A DNA stretch of 63,416 nucleotides, filler included, from Reticulomyxa filosa (taxonomy: Eukaryota; Protista; Foraminifera), in the NCBI GenBank assembly GCA_000512085.1. It is 17 parts of 17 records of this genome, joined end to end, with 100 filler letters (N's around TTAATTAATTAA, not from the genome) between each part and the next. Parts side by side here need not be neighbours in the genome. Positions count along the whole stretch, not along the records: positions 49,388 to 56,502 come from ASPP01023429.1; positions 56,603 to 60,151 come from ASPP01013546.1; positions 60,252 to 62,001 come from ASPP01000973.1; positions 62,102 to 63,416 come from ASPP01041655.1; 13 more parts are not named here. The stretch is one strand, 5' to 3'. The position numbers were made by a program, and so were the translations under genes. Of this stretch, positions 52,030 to 63,416 are shown piece by piece. Position 1 is the first letter of the stretch; each line of letters begins with the position of its first letter. The notes under the pieces are model-generated. The model made no database searches. It saw only the letters and a list, made by a program, of their open reading frames with translations, and was not told the DNA's origin.

Positions 52030-52398
52030 TCACAAAATACATAAACAATTCTGCCACCGTAAATACAAATACGACCCATTATTTTGCTTCGGAGTAATGT
52101 TGGCTACCTTGCCTTTATACATACTCACATAGCGACAGTTCAACACTAAACAAGACAAAATCATTGCATTGTATGCAAATAAAAACACGGCAACGAATAC
52201 TACCTTCCAAGCGATTTCCATTACTATTGGCTCCGTTTCGTCGCCATTGTCGTATTGAACACTTGAGATAATGTCGACGTCATGGCCTAGTCTTGGAATC
52301 ACTGTTTTGTCAACGTACCTTTTATTTCTCCTTCGCTTTTTGTATTGGCTGCCGAAGATGCTTTCGATCGCATCATCGAGACTAGGTCTTTGTTGCAA
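52030..52398 (-). CDS. Hypothetical small membrane protein (possibly a remnant)
   Basis: ORF with one hydrophobic segment (IAWKVVFVAVFLFAYNAMILSCLVL); no clear ATG or family. Confidence 0.25.
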   Translation of the reverse strand: MQQRPSLDDAIESIFGSQYKKRRRNKRYVDKTVIPRLGHDVDIISSVQYDNGDETEPIVMEIAWKVVFVAVFLFAYNAMILSCLVLNCRYVSMYKGKVANITPKQNNGSYLYLRWQNCLCIL

Positions 52399-53543
52399 AG
52401 CATGTTATTGCCGCACCAGCACAAGCAAAGAAAATGTGCATATCACAACATTGGGACACATAAACAAATATTATTTGCATATAGTGTTTCTTGTTTCTTT
52501 TTTATGTTTAAATTACAAAACATACAAAAATATATACAATTTCAGACATTCAAACTCATTACGTTCATTATATCCAATATAAAATCTTCGATTGTTATGA
52601 AATAGAATACTCATTCCCTTTTTCTTTTTTATTTTCAATAATCTCTTTTGCTCCATTTCTGATTTGAATACATCAGAAAAATTTATGCCACAGAACTAAT
52701 AACATAGCTTGTTTAATAAATTGAAATTGACCTACTTGAAATACATCAACATTAACAATAGGAGAAGTGACAAATGATTATTGCTTCCACTTACTTACAT
52801 ATTTCATTGCTAATGTGTGATTTGTAAATTTCTCTGTGCAGAAGACAACAAGATAAATTCGTCAATGCCATTATTATTTCCATCATTGATAAGTTTCATT
52901 GTGCAATATCTTTCTTAGGAAAAAGCTTAAAAAGATATGAAAACTTAAAACTGGAACGAACAAACTTGTGCTGATCAAAGACGATTAAAATCAAACAAGA
53001 CAATTGATAAATAATTTGAATAATCTGTCTTTTGAGAATTAATTGAATGCTATTGTAACAATTACGCCAATCTTTAAATACACTTCATCCAAAGAATGAG
53101 TATGGATTGATTCAACTCTATTTAGTTGCTTATTTCAAACTAGGTGAATCAAGTATTGATAAGAACAAAGAATGGTTGAAAGAATATATTAAAAATGTAA
53201 CTAAGTTAAGGAATAGTGAAAGCAATTAGAGTAGCTCTTAATTCAACTGAACGGGTCCATTTTGTCAATTTTATCAAACAAAGTTTCCTAAACTTATCAC
53301 AAATATCAAACAGATCGATAAAAAATGGATTCAATTTTATTTTGATACAAATGTGTTTTATTGTGAAGTGATTCCTTCATTGTCTCCTATCTTTAAAATT
53401 TTTTTTTTGAATTAACTTGAACAAATTATTTGAAATGAAATTTTCGTAACCTTTGGGACGAGGTAAATTTTTTTTTATTTGTTAAAAAGAAACATCGATA
53501 ACCCACAAGAAATTTCAAAATGAAAGAATAACAAACACATCAA

Positions 53544-55098
53544 TCATTCCCAAATTTCAATTGTATTATCAGAAGAAACTAAGAATGTATTACCATCAGG
53601 AGAAGTAGCTATTGATGTTATATCAATGTGTCTATCTAAAATCCATGTTTCATATCCTGATTTTATATCCCACAATAGAAGTGAACAATCATCAAATCCA
53701 ATCAAAATTGTTTGACAATTTGGAAGATATTCCCAATCTATTACATTTCTTCCATATGTACTTTGTAATATCCTGTCTGATTCCAAGTCCAATATCGCAA
53801 GCCTATAATAATATGGAAAAACTGCAAGAAATCTACCATCTGGAGATAATTTTGTTTTTGTGCTGCGACTTAGGTCCATCTCTTTCACTTTTTTACCCAA
53901 TTTTATATCCCATAAACTAATTGTTTCAGCTGGTAATACAACTATTTGTCTATTTGGTAAATATTTCTCAAACTTATTTTTTTCTAGTCTTTGAATTTGT
54001 TTTCCAGAATCCACATCCCAGAATCTAATATCATACATAAATAACATTGCAGCAATATATTTACCATCTGAAGAAAATTGTATTTCCGCATCAAATTCTA
54101 TAATCCCTTCAAATAGCATTACTTTCTTTCCTGACTTTATATTCCATGATTGCATTCCATTGTTTGTATTTGATACAAAAGTACTCCCATCTGGTGAAAA
54201 TACTATAAAATCTTGCATTTCATTACTTTTGTTAAAAGTTTGAATTTTCTCACCTAATGCAATGTCCCATATTTCAATTGTCTCATCCTCTGCTAACAAA
54301 TAAAATTTGCAACCATCTGCCGAAAATGCCAGCTTGTCAATATTGCAAGAGTTTCTTTTTAATATTCTCGACAATTTAAAACTTTTGGCCTATGTTATAT
54401 CAACATGTGATTATATAAATATATGAAATGTGTTGATACTAAGCATTATTTAACATATTTTGCAATTATTTTGTTAAATTCATAAATCCATCCTCTTTTA
54501 ATCGTCGAAGACCGAACCCAATGTTCTACTATTAAATCTGCTTCTTGACTTGTCTATTTTTTTTTTAATTTGTTTAAAAAAGTAAAAATATTTCATATTT
54601 ATATACATGTATATATGTACATATATATGCATATATATATATTGTCCAGTTTACCGAATATAGTTTCTTTCGACGTCTCCAATACTTTTTTCTGCCTCTT
54701 TGCCTCCAAAATAAAGCATCGTCATCACCATCATAAGTATAAAAATATCCCGTGTAACGATTATTCTTATTGTGGTATTTGTATTCTTGATGTTGATACA
54801 CACTTTGTCTACTATACTGATAATCACGATTTTGTTTGTGATTAAAATGTTCCCTGCTCTGAACCTGACGGTAACGAAAATTCGAAGTTTGTCCATATGC
54901 AGTAGAAATTCTTTTATGGAAAGTTCTGCTTTCGTTCCTTGCTTCGTTGCTATAAAAAGCTGCATTTTCATTTTCTCCAAACCCGTCGTAGTATCCATAG
55001 TTTCCATAATGTAATCTACGACTTCGTCCTCGTCCTCTTCGATTATTAGGTTTTGGGTTGGTAAATTCACTGGTATTCCTTACGTTCCAACTTGCCAT
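53544..55098 (-). CDS. Three-exon protein: R/G/Y/N-rich N-terminus + linker exon + divergent WD40 propeller
   Basis: Exon 1 from ATG 55098 to a GT donor near 54654; exon 2 54553..54455 (TSQEADLIVEHWVRSSTIKRGWIYEFNKIIAKY); exon 3 AKSFKLSRIL... with FSxDG/WD repeats; both introns phase 0. Confidence 0.8.
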
Positions 55099-55789
55099 TT
55101 ATAATGTTTATGGATGAATTTCAAAAAAAACCGGAGAGATTTTTCTTAACGTTGCTCCCCTCCACGCTGTGTTTGAACAAGACTGAAAAACTTGATAATA
55201 AAAATTAAATGACAAAGCATTCCTCAATTATAAATCCGTGTATAAATAATGTCACTTGAACAAACTTTCATGCAGCGTGACTCTTTTTTTGAAATCTAAT
55301 TTTCACATCAAAATACATTACAAAATAACTCGCTACAGAAATACTGAACTTGTAAACAACAAAAAACTAATAACTTTTCACATACCCCAATTTTATTAAA
55401 ATCAGAGAAAAGGATATCAAGTTCGGTGAAAGACTAAACAAAATGGAAGAAAAATATCCACAGGAAGCTCGTGCTAATGAAACTTCAAAGGTAAAGGAAG
55501 AAACTAAGAACTAGGCTCAACAAAAGAAAAACTAAGAAATGGAATGCAAAACAATTGATTGATGCTTATAATTTGGACACGACCTGTGGGTATAAAAGTT
55601 TATTATTTTATTCACTGGCTAGATCAATTCACCGAATATCATTAAACGCTTAAAAAAGCAATACTTTGAAACTGTTGAATTTGTCAGACCAATCTTAAAC
55701 CAGTGCAAAAATAATAATATGTTTTTGCACTTTTTGCACTGATGCTCCTTGCATTTATCATTTTTTTTATTAAAAACTCTAACGAAAGG

Positions 55790-56200
55790 ATGAGATCATT
55801 TTCGTATATACAACAGTATGTAGAAGGCATGATAACCGGTGCACAGACAATGAAGGATGTGTTGAAATTGTTGGGTGAATTGTTTGAGCCGAAAGAGCTA
55901 CAAGAGGTCTTGAGTGAAAAAATGCGCAAGATGAACGAGCAATTGGAAAAGGGAAGAACAGTCGAAAACAAACACGAGTACTTATTATTGAAAGAGAAGA
56001 TCTGCAATACATACTTGTGCATAGCATCAATGGATGAAATTCTCCCAGCAAATGTGCATTTGCACATATTTTCCTTTCTGGAAACCAGTTCTTTGGCCTG
56101 CTTGTCTGTGTTTTCTCGTTCTTTTCGTCAATTGTTTATTTCCAATCCTTTCGTGTATAAATTGACCAAACAACATCATTGTTATCTCTATTATTACTAT
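55790..56200 (+). CDS. F-box protein fragment
   Basis: MDEILPANVHLHIFSFLETSSLACLSVFSRSFRQL matches the F-box consensus. Confidence 0.75.
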
Positions 56201-56749
56201 TATTATTATTTATTCATTCATTTATTTATTTTTATCAATGTAATCAAATGATGCATGTTCGTAGTTATATTATTGCAGCAGCGACCTGATTGGAAGACAA
56301 AGAATAAGAAGAAGATGACAATGATGATGATGGATGATGATGATAATGATGATGATAATGAAGAAAACAAGATTATTCCGTGACTATACCACATTAGATT
56401 TATTTTAAAACAAAGAAAGACCGCCTGTCGACTTTACCTCGGTTATCGAATGGCTCTATACACACACGAGTGGCGACTTTGCGCATCATCAAATATGTAC
56501 TANNNNNNNNNNNNNNNNNNNNNNNNNNNNNNNNNNNNNNNNNNNNTTAATTAATTAANNNNNNNNNNNNNNNNNNNNNNNNNNNNNNNNNNNNNNNNNN
56601 NNAGAGAGAGAGAGATAGAGAAAAAAAAATTTCCATGAGATGCGGGTTTTCGCAACTATTACAAAACAAGCAAAAAAAAAAAAACAAAAAAAACAGCGTG
56701 TACATATACACATATATACATATATATATGTATATGTATATATAGGCAA

Positions 56750-58644
56750 GTAGTTTGTTTGAAGAAGGTACATTTGTGGTGTTGTGGCAAGAGGTGGTGG
56801 TACAAACAAACGGTAACACGTCGGACCATAGACACGAGGTCCGCGGCAAGCGATTGAAGGCGAGTGGGAATGAAAGTGAAGCGACAGAATTTGTAATTGA
56901 GAGCAATGGCGACGAGGAGTTTTCGAATGGACAAATAAGTATGACTGGGCTGTTGATCGACACGAACGTCGATGCCGATGGCGGTGGCAGCACGAATAGC
57001 CGTAAGCAATTGAACAATGACAGTTATGTGAACGAATACGGGTCGTGCTACAAACGATTCACCAACAACAATAACAATAACAATAACAACACTGATTCCA
57101 TCGAGTGGTTCATTGTCACATGGCAAGAATCGATACAACAGAACGCCACTTCAAGTCGCATCGTGGCCGATCTGTTCACCGATGATGGTGTCTCTTGCAC
57201 TGGAGAGTTTCAAGTCGGTATAATCCTGTTCAATACAAAATCAATGATTGAATATTGATTCATTTACAATACATATTATATATATATATATAATATGTAT
57301 TGTAAATGAATCAATATTCAGTCGAAGTTGTGATGTCATTTGCATTGTTTGCTTATTTATTTGTTTGTTTGTTTGTTTGTTTGCAGTTGGATGTGAGGGG
57401 TGACAATGTCCAAGTGAATGGGAAGGATGAAACCCCAGACGTGGCGATGCTGAGTGCAAATAGGTTTGTCGTGGTTTGGACCAATGTGAATGAGAGCAGC
57501 AGCAGCAGCAGCGTGGTGGAGGGTGCAATATACCATTACAACCTGTCCAACAATTCCGTTGTCATGATCAGCAATCTCAACTCCGATGGCCAATTTTACA
57601 CGCTTAGTGACTCTTCGTTGTCCAAATGTCACAGGTTTGTGCAATGAACCTCAGCCCCTTTTTTTTTTTTTTTTTGTAAAAGTTGAAGTTGAAGTTGATT
57701 GATTGGTGGGCTTTGTCCGTAGTCCAAAGGTGAGAGCAGCTGACAATGGCCAAGGCATGGTGGTATGTTACTTGTGTGAGAAATGGACGGAAATGTTGGA
57801 ACAAAGCAACAACTTGTATTGCCAATGGTTCACAATCGACCTGAGTCAGGTGTCATCGGCAAGTTGGGTTCCAAACGAGCAGGTGTTGTTGATGAGCGAG
57901 AGTTCCTCGATGAGTAGAAGCACAGCACTGTTGACATCGTCGAGCGTGGATTCATGGACAAGACATAGCAGCAATGGCAATGCAGAAAGTCCCTTCTTCG
58001 ACCGACTGGTGGTGGCATTGTGGCACAATTGGAATGAAAGTGCAACCAATCAAGGCATTGTGTCCGGACGAGTGGTGTACAACGGAGATTCCAGTGAATG
58101 CATTGTGGCAGTGGAAGAAGACACAATCACTCCTACGTCTGCCCCAGGAGATGAGTGGAAAGGAACGAGAGCATACATTGGCGTGATTGTCATTTTCGTG
58201 GTCATGTCTTGTCTATTACTAATATGCGGATGGTGGGCGTACACGCAGCGCAAGTGCTCACTCCCGACGGCCTCGTATGCCACGCATGAAACCATTGCTG
58301 ACGAACATGAGGAGTCCCGTTCCAGAGATGAAGAAGCGCAAGTCGAACTGGGAGACATTGCCTCCGATCCACCCAAGTCCGTCGAAGTGGTCACTCAAAA
58401 CTTGACTTCCGCTTTGGACACCGATACTGATCACGTTCGCGCCAAACAAGCCATTATCCCTCAATCCGAACAAGACGACGTTCAAGACAAAACTGAAAAA
58501 CAGCAGCAACAACCCCCTGAAGAAGTCGGAATACTCAAAGAAACCAACAGTAGATCCAGTTCCGATGACGAGGAAAGTGATTCCCAAAGTGTTGTTTTTG
58601 AGGCACCTGTTGTTGTCAATTCTGATGCTAACACTTCCAAATAA
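56750..58644 (+). CDS. Single-pass (type I) membrane protein with repeated FVVxW beta-strand motifs, 5' truncated, multi-exon
   Basis: GTFVVLWQ, WFIVTWQ, PDVAMLSANRFVVVW and RLVVALW repeats; TM AYIGVIVIFVVMSCLLLICGWWAY; acidic tail. Confidence 0.6.
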
Positions 58645-59569
58645 AATCTTCTATCATATTACACGCTTCCTCTGTCCAAAAAAAAAAAAAAAAGAAATGC
58701 TTGTTTTACTTAAACACTTTTTAAAATTCCATGTTACGTCGCTTGCTTTTTTTTTGTTTGTTTGAAATTTCTTAGTTGATTTTGTTTTTAATTCGTGTGT
58801 GTGTAAGTTTGCATTAAATTTAAAAAAAATTTTTTGTTGGTTTTTATTTTTATGATGTTTTTATCCATTTTGCCGTTGCTTCCTTTAATCAAAGGGAATC
58901 TCTATAACGTAACCACCTTCTTTTTTTTTATTCTTATTTTTCCTTGCTTGTTGTTGTTTGGAGCCCATAACAGGTTTTGAACCTCCCCGCCCGAGTTCTC
59001 TTTTTTTTTGTTTTGTTTCAAGTTTGGTTTGTATTGAAGAGAGAGAGGAAGCGTGGCGGGTCATTTTTATTGCAAAATGGACTGTGGTGCTCACTTTTGA
59101 ACCATTTTTTTTTTCAATCACACAATTTTGTTTTTATGGGAATAAAAAGAATTTTTCATGCAACCGTTCTATCAAGTTATAAAAGAGACTAACATCCTTA
59201 TGTCTTCATTCTTTTTTTAAAATGTGACATCTAGAAAAAAAAAAATGTACAAATTGCAACTGTGTATGCACACATAGTCCTCGAATTTAAATGTGAGGTT
59301 TTGTGCATTGGAAAGCACTTCCGAGAACATTGGATTTTTTTTTTTCCCCTTTCCATCCCTTTTAAAAAGGGAGAGAGAAAAGAAAAAGAAAACTTATTTT
59401 TTGAAGATCTACAGGTTGGTGGACAGAACTCTCTTGCTGACTCCCCCATCCAAAACACAAAGGCATGGAAAAACATTACAATCCAACACAAACCTTTCGT
59501 CGCCCACTGTCACCACCAACACGTGATCAACAAAAAAAATATGGAAAAAAAAAAAAAAAGAAGAAAAAT

Positions 59570-60140
59570 TTAATGAGCGTATTTAGATAAAATTTGGATG
59601 GCTTGATCAATATTGTTTCCATACTTGGAAGAGATAGGTAAAACAATCCAAGGATTATCAGTGACATAGTCTAAGTTCAAATCCTTGATCAAATCAGACT
59701 CTTTGATTTCTGGGTTCAAGTCGATTTTGTTGGCTAAAATCAATATTGGAGTGCCTTTCAAATGTCTGTCCTCGAGCAAACAATGCAATTCTTTTCGTGC
59801 GATTGGTAATCGAAACGGCTATCAATAACAACAAAACATCATTCCTCTTCCCTCCAAAAAAATGCGTCACACACACACACGCACAAACAGATAAAAAAAA
59901 AAAAAAAAAGAGACATCATAATCTAAACGTCAGCAATGTCAACAACAAATGCAATGATATCGGCATCTTTGGTATATCTTGGCCATTCCTTTCGAAACTC
60001 TTTTTGTCCGCCCATGTCCCACATTTTGAACTGTACGCCCCCCTTTTGCATTGTCGTTATGTTCAACCCTATCGTTGGTGGATGTTGCGCTTTCGTGTCT
60101 GGGCCCAGATGAATCGCATTGCAAAATGTCGTCTTCCCAC
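59570..60140 (-). CDS. Arf-like small GTPase (ARL8-like), 5' truncated
   Basis: A frame not in the ORF track reads GKTTFC...PTIGLN...KMWDMGGQKEFRKEWPRY...IAFVVDIAD; after an intron, ARKELHCLL...PILILANKIDL...PISSK. Confidence 0.9.
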
Positions 60141-62101
60141 TTTTTTTTTTTNNNNNNNNNNNNNNNNNNNNNNNNNNNNNNNNNNNNNNNNNNNNTTAAT
60201 TAATTAANNNNNNNNNNNNNNNNNNNNNNNNNNNNNNNNNNNNNNNNNNNNGATATTTTTTAAAAATTATGTATGAATGTTGTTTTTCATGAAGAAAATC
60301 AATTATCTATATAATGTGTAGTTTTAGGTGTCAAATTTACTTTGCATTCTACTTTATATAGTTGTGTGGCAATATTATTTCTTTCGAAACTTATAATCAC
60401 ATATGCATTTTAATCTATTTTTGTCTTGTAGATATTAGTTTGATCCAATTTCGAGCGGCCTGTTGCTTTATATATAACTAATAGTATGTGCATGTGGCTA
60501 TACGTTCTATTTTTATCATTTTTTTCTTTTTTTTTCTTCATTTGATATAACACACAAACATTAACTTTGCAAGTAATTCCAAAACATTTAGTCACTCTAA
60601 TTCCTCAAGTTATCTAAATGATGCTTTATTTCATTACAGACAATGGTGAAAATGTTTTTTTTGTTAATGATGAAATTGAAGGAAAACGAGCCGGACGTCT
60701 AATCTAAAAAAAATTTAGAATTGGATTTTTTTCTGTGTATCTTTCATTAAAAAATCACTACTAAAAAAAATATTGCTTTAATTACCTTGCGTGACGTCAT
60801 TCGGAACCGTGATACAACAATTTCAAACCTGGATGCAAGTCAATGAATATGCATAAAAGCCAAGTTACACAAATATATAGCAATACACGAAAGAAATCGA
60901 TTCGATTTGAGCTCTTTGCAATTAAAAATGTTTTGATTGAATTAGAAATTGCTGAAAACAACCTAATGCTCACGTTATGAATGGCTTAGATGTGCATAAC
61001 AAGCACAATCAAGTCATTAGTACCAAAATTTCCGTTTAACAATATAAATAAACTGAACTTGATTGTCAGAAACTACACATGTGCTCGAAACAAGAATCAA
61101 AGTTTTAACTTGCTTTTGTTTGCTTTGATGTAGCGCAGTTGCGTAAAATTTTGAAATGTGAAAGAAAAGCAAGTAGCATTTTTGCACATTCATACACCAC
61201 AATGCAAAGCTTAAAAAAATAAATATACAAAGTGTCATTTTTTAAATTTAATGATACGTTGAAAATACATAACACAACCTATCACTATATAGCATAAATA
61301 TATGTAGTGCAACGAGGAAAAACAGGGCCGAACAGTTGTTGCAAATTTCTTCTAAATTTTTCTCTTTGCATGTTTCCAACTCTGTCCAACCAAAAAGAAG
61401 CGAGTGTCTCTCTGAATACGAGAAGAATGACAACTTATTTCTATTCCCGTTGTCAACATATCCAAAGCCTAACACAAAAGAATTTCACTAAACAAAAATT
61501 CCTGAATGGAAACGAGACGTATAGACGCTTACAATATGGGTGCATTGTGACAGTGTTAAGTACAACATAATAATTTTGATGCTTGCATTCTTTTGTTTTC
61601 AAATATCTTGTTTTTGGATTGACTCTTATTTATATTAAAATAATTGACAACACAAGCATCCTGAAACATGATTTTCCATTTACGTCACCTTACATAACGA
61701 TTAATCATGATGGAAACATTAAAGATATATGGGAGAATAACAGTATATTAGTGGGAGATGTCGTAGAACATCTCTTAAATAATCCAAGATCCACTCCAAA
61801 AAAGATAGTTGAGCTATTTTATTTTTGCTGCAGATGTCTTTTTTTTCTATGATATTTGACATTGATATTATGAAAACAAAGACATACTGCAAGCATAAAA
61901 TACCAACATTGAAGTGATGATGTTAAAAGTTCTCTTTTGAGTTTTTTTGGTATTCATTTTTACTAGGTTACACTGACACTGCGGCAATTGGTAAGTGATC
62001 ANNNNNNNNNNNNNNNNNNNNNNNNNNNNNNNNNNNNNNNNNNNNTTAATTAATTAANNNNNNNNNNNNNNNNNNNNNNNNNNNNNNNNNNNNNNNNNNN
62101 N

Positions 62102-62690
62102 GAAGAAATTTCAAAAATAAATAATGAAAATCTAATCTTAAAACAGAAACTGGTATTATTTGTTTTTTTATTTCCGTTTCACATAAACATATCATTCATG
62201 ACATATATATCAGATTGATATTCAATCTAAAAAAGAAAAAGATTACAATAATCAATTATCACAATCCAAATACAGTCAATCATATACATTGGTAAGTTTT
62301 ATTCCAAATTTTTAAAAAGTTGTTCTTTATGTTTTTATTGTATGTGACTTGTGATTGAACTAACCAAAGGAAAACGAAATCCAAATTATTATCCAGCACT
62401 GGATCCGAGCATTGCAAATCAAATTTGGATGGACTCATAACTTTGATAAAATTGTTGTCAATTATGTTAGTTCATTTGTTCTTCTTTTTGTTTTAAATAT
62501 CAATCAAAACATTTAAATGTTTATTTAACATAGGTATATGCTGTCTTCATGTCTGACACATTTCATTCATCATCTAAATTAATTAATACATTCACTGGAT
62601 ATACAAAAGCTGTATAAAGTATTGATTATTCAATATTTGGTAATTATCAATTTATTTGTTCTGGACATAAAAATACTGTTTGGTGAAAAC
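62102..62690 (+). pseudogene. WD40-family pseudogene with linker exon
   Basis: Exon 62370..62465 ENEIQIIIQHWIRALQIKFGWTHNFDKIVVNY, then SSKLINTFTGYTKAV*SIDYS...QFICSG with an in-frame stop and decay. Confidence 0.7.
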
Positions 62691-62777
62691 TATATCCAAA
62701 TAGTAAAATAAATTGCAAGATATTTTAAGTGTTGTGTTTTCTTCACTACTAATTTTATAGATTGTTTTCGTATAGTA

Positions 62778-63110
62778 TCAACTCACAACTTGGGAATATC
62801 CTTCCAATATTTGTGTCCTCTTCACTGATTCTACGTTCCATAATCGAATTATATTATCACTTGAATACGATACAATTGTTTGATCATCTGGAAAATATTT
62901 TATAACATTCACATGGTGTGAATATTCTTTCAGTATATTCTCTGTTTCAATATTCCATATTCGAATTATATCATCCAATGAACAAGAAATAATAAATTTA
63001 CCATCACGCGATTAGAATATTTTTTGAATTGTTTCAACATTTTATCAGATTCTGCATTCCAGAAATTAGTTGTTTTATCACTTGATGAAAATTGTGTAAT
63101 CAACACATCT
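62778..63110 (-). pseudogene. Decayed WD40-repeat remnant
   Basis: IIRIWNIETE...HVNVIKYFPDDQTIVSYSSDNIIRLWNVES resembles the 41901..42767 WD40 region; flanks are frameshifted. Confidence 0.7.
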
Positions 63111-63416
63111 TTTGAATTGTTTTATTCATCTTCAATATCCATGTAAGAAATATTTTTGATCTTGTAAACAAAACTTCACGTTCATGTTTGAATATTGCAC
63201 TTGATCTTCTCATAGAATGATGAAAATGTAAAATAAGTCCTTGATGACTTCTATACACTTGTATGAATGAACAAAAGGAAGATCAACAAATTTGAGAAAG
63301 ACCAAATATGCATATATTTTCTTACTATTTTTTTTTTAATGAACAATTAATTAAACAAAGCAATTATGTCTTCCTAAAATCATTTTGATCTAAATTTAAA
63401 CATTACCAAAAAAAAA

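Noticed and set aside
58958-59000. tRNA-like 3' end on the minus strand (GGTTCAAAACC...GGGCTCCA)
   Set aside because: Only about 3 bp of T-stem pair, and there is no acceptor 5' strand, D-arm or anticodon arm; upstream is poly-A.
1-63416. Alternative genetic code or stop-codon readthrough
   Set aside because: Intact genes end at TAA, TAG or TGA and lack in-frame stops; the breaks are explained by introns, homopolymer indels or pseudogene decay.

Overview
AT-rich eukaryotic DNA with short GT-AG spliceosomal introns and the standard genetic code. The window is not one locus: it is 17 small contigs joined by 16 artificial 100-bp spacers (N44-TTAATTAATTAA-N44), so neighbourhood across spacers means nothing. 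The expanded WD40, Kelch-like and TRAF-zinc-finger families and poly-N/Q/D tracts resemble the foraminiferan Reticulomyxa filosa (inferred from gene style, not verified). Many genes have single-base indels in homopolymer runs, probably assembly errors. Recognisable genes: TIS11-type tandem CCCH protein, dual-specificity phosphatase, RhoGEF (DH), p24/GOLD, Tim10-like, MRJP/Yellow-like, RNF213-like with RZ finger, alpha/beta hydrolase fragment, SLC35F transporter, USP9X/24/34-like N-terminal region, TRAF zinc finger, Kelch-WD40, F-box and ARL8-like GTPase. Most interesting: (1) an intron-containing, catalytically intact bacterial-type RtcB2 RNA ligase with a large acidic insertion carrying a PP1-type RVxF motif; (2) a conserved ~99-bp phase 0-0 linker exon (HWxR/K...IKxGW...F...Y) joining unrelated N-terminal modules to WD40 propellers at four unlinked loci; (3) a degenerate RelA/SpoT-synthetase-like domain; (4) an RNF213-type RZ finger. 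All gene models were built by eye with no database searches.
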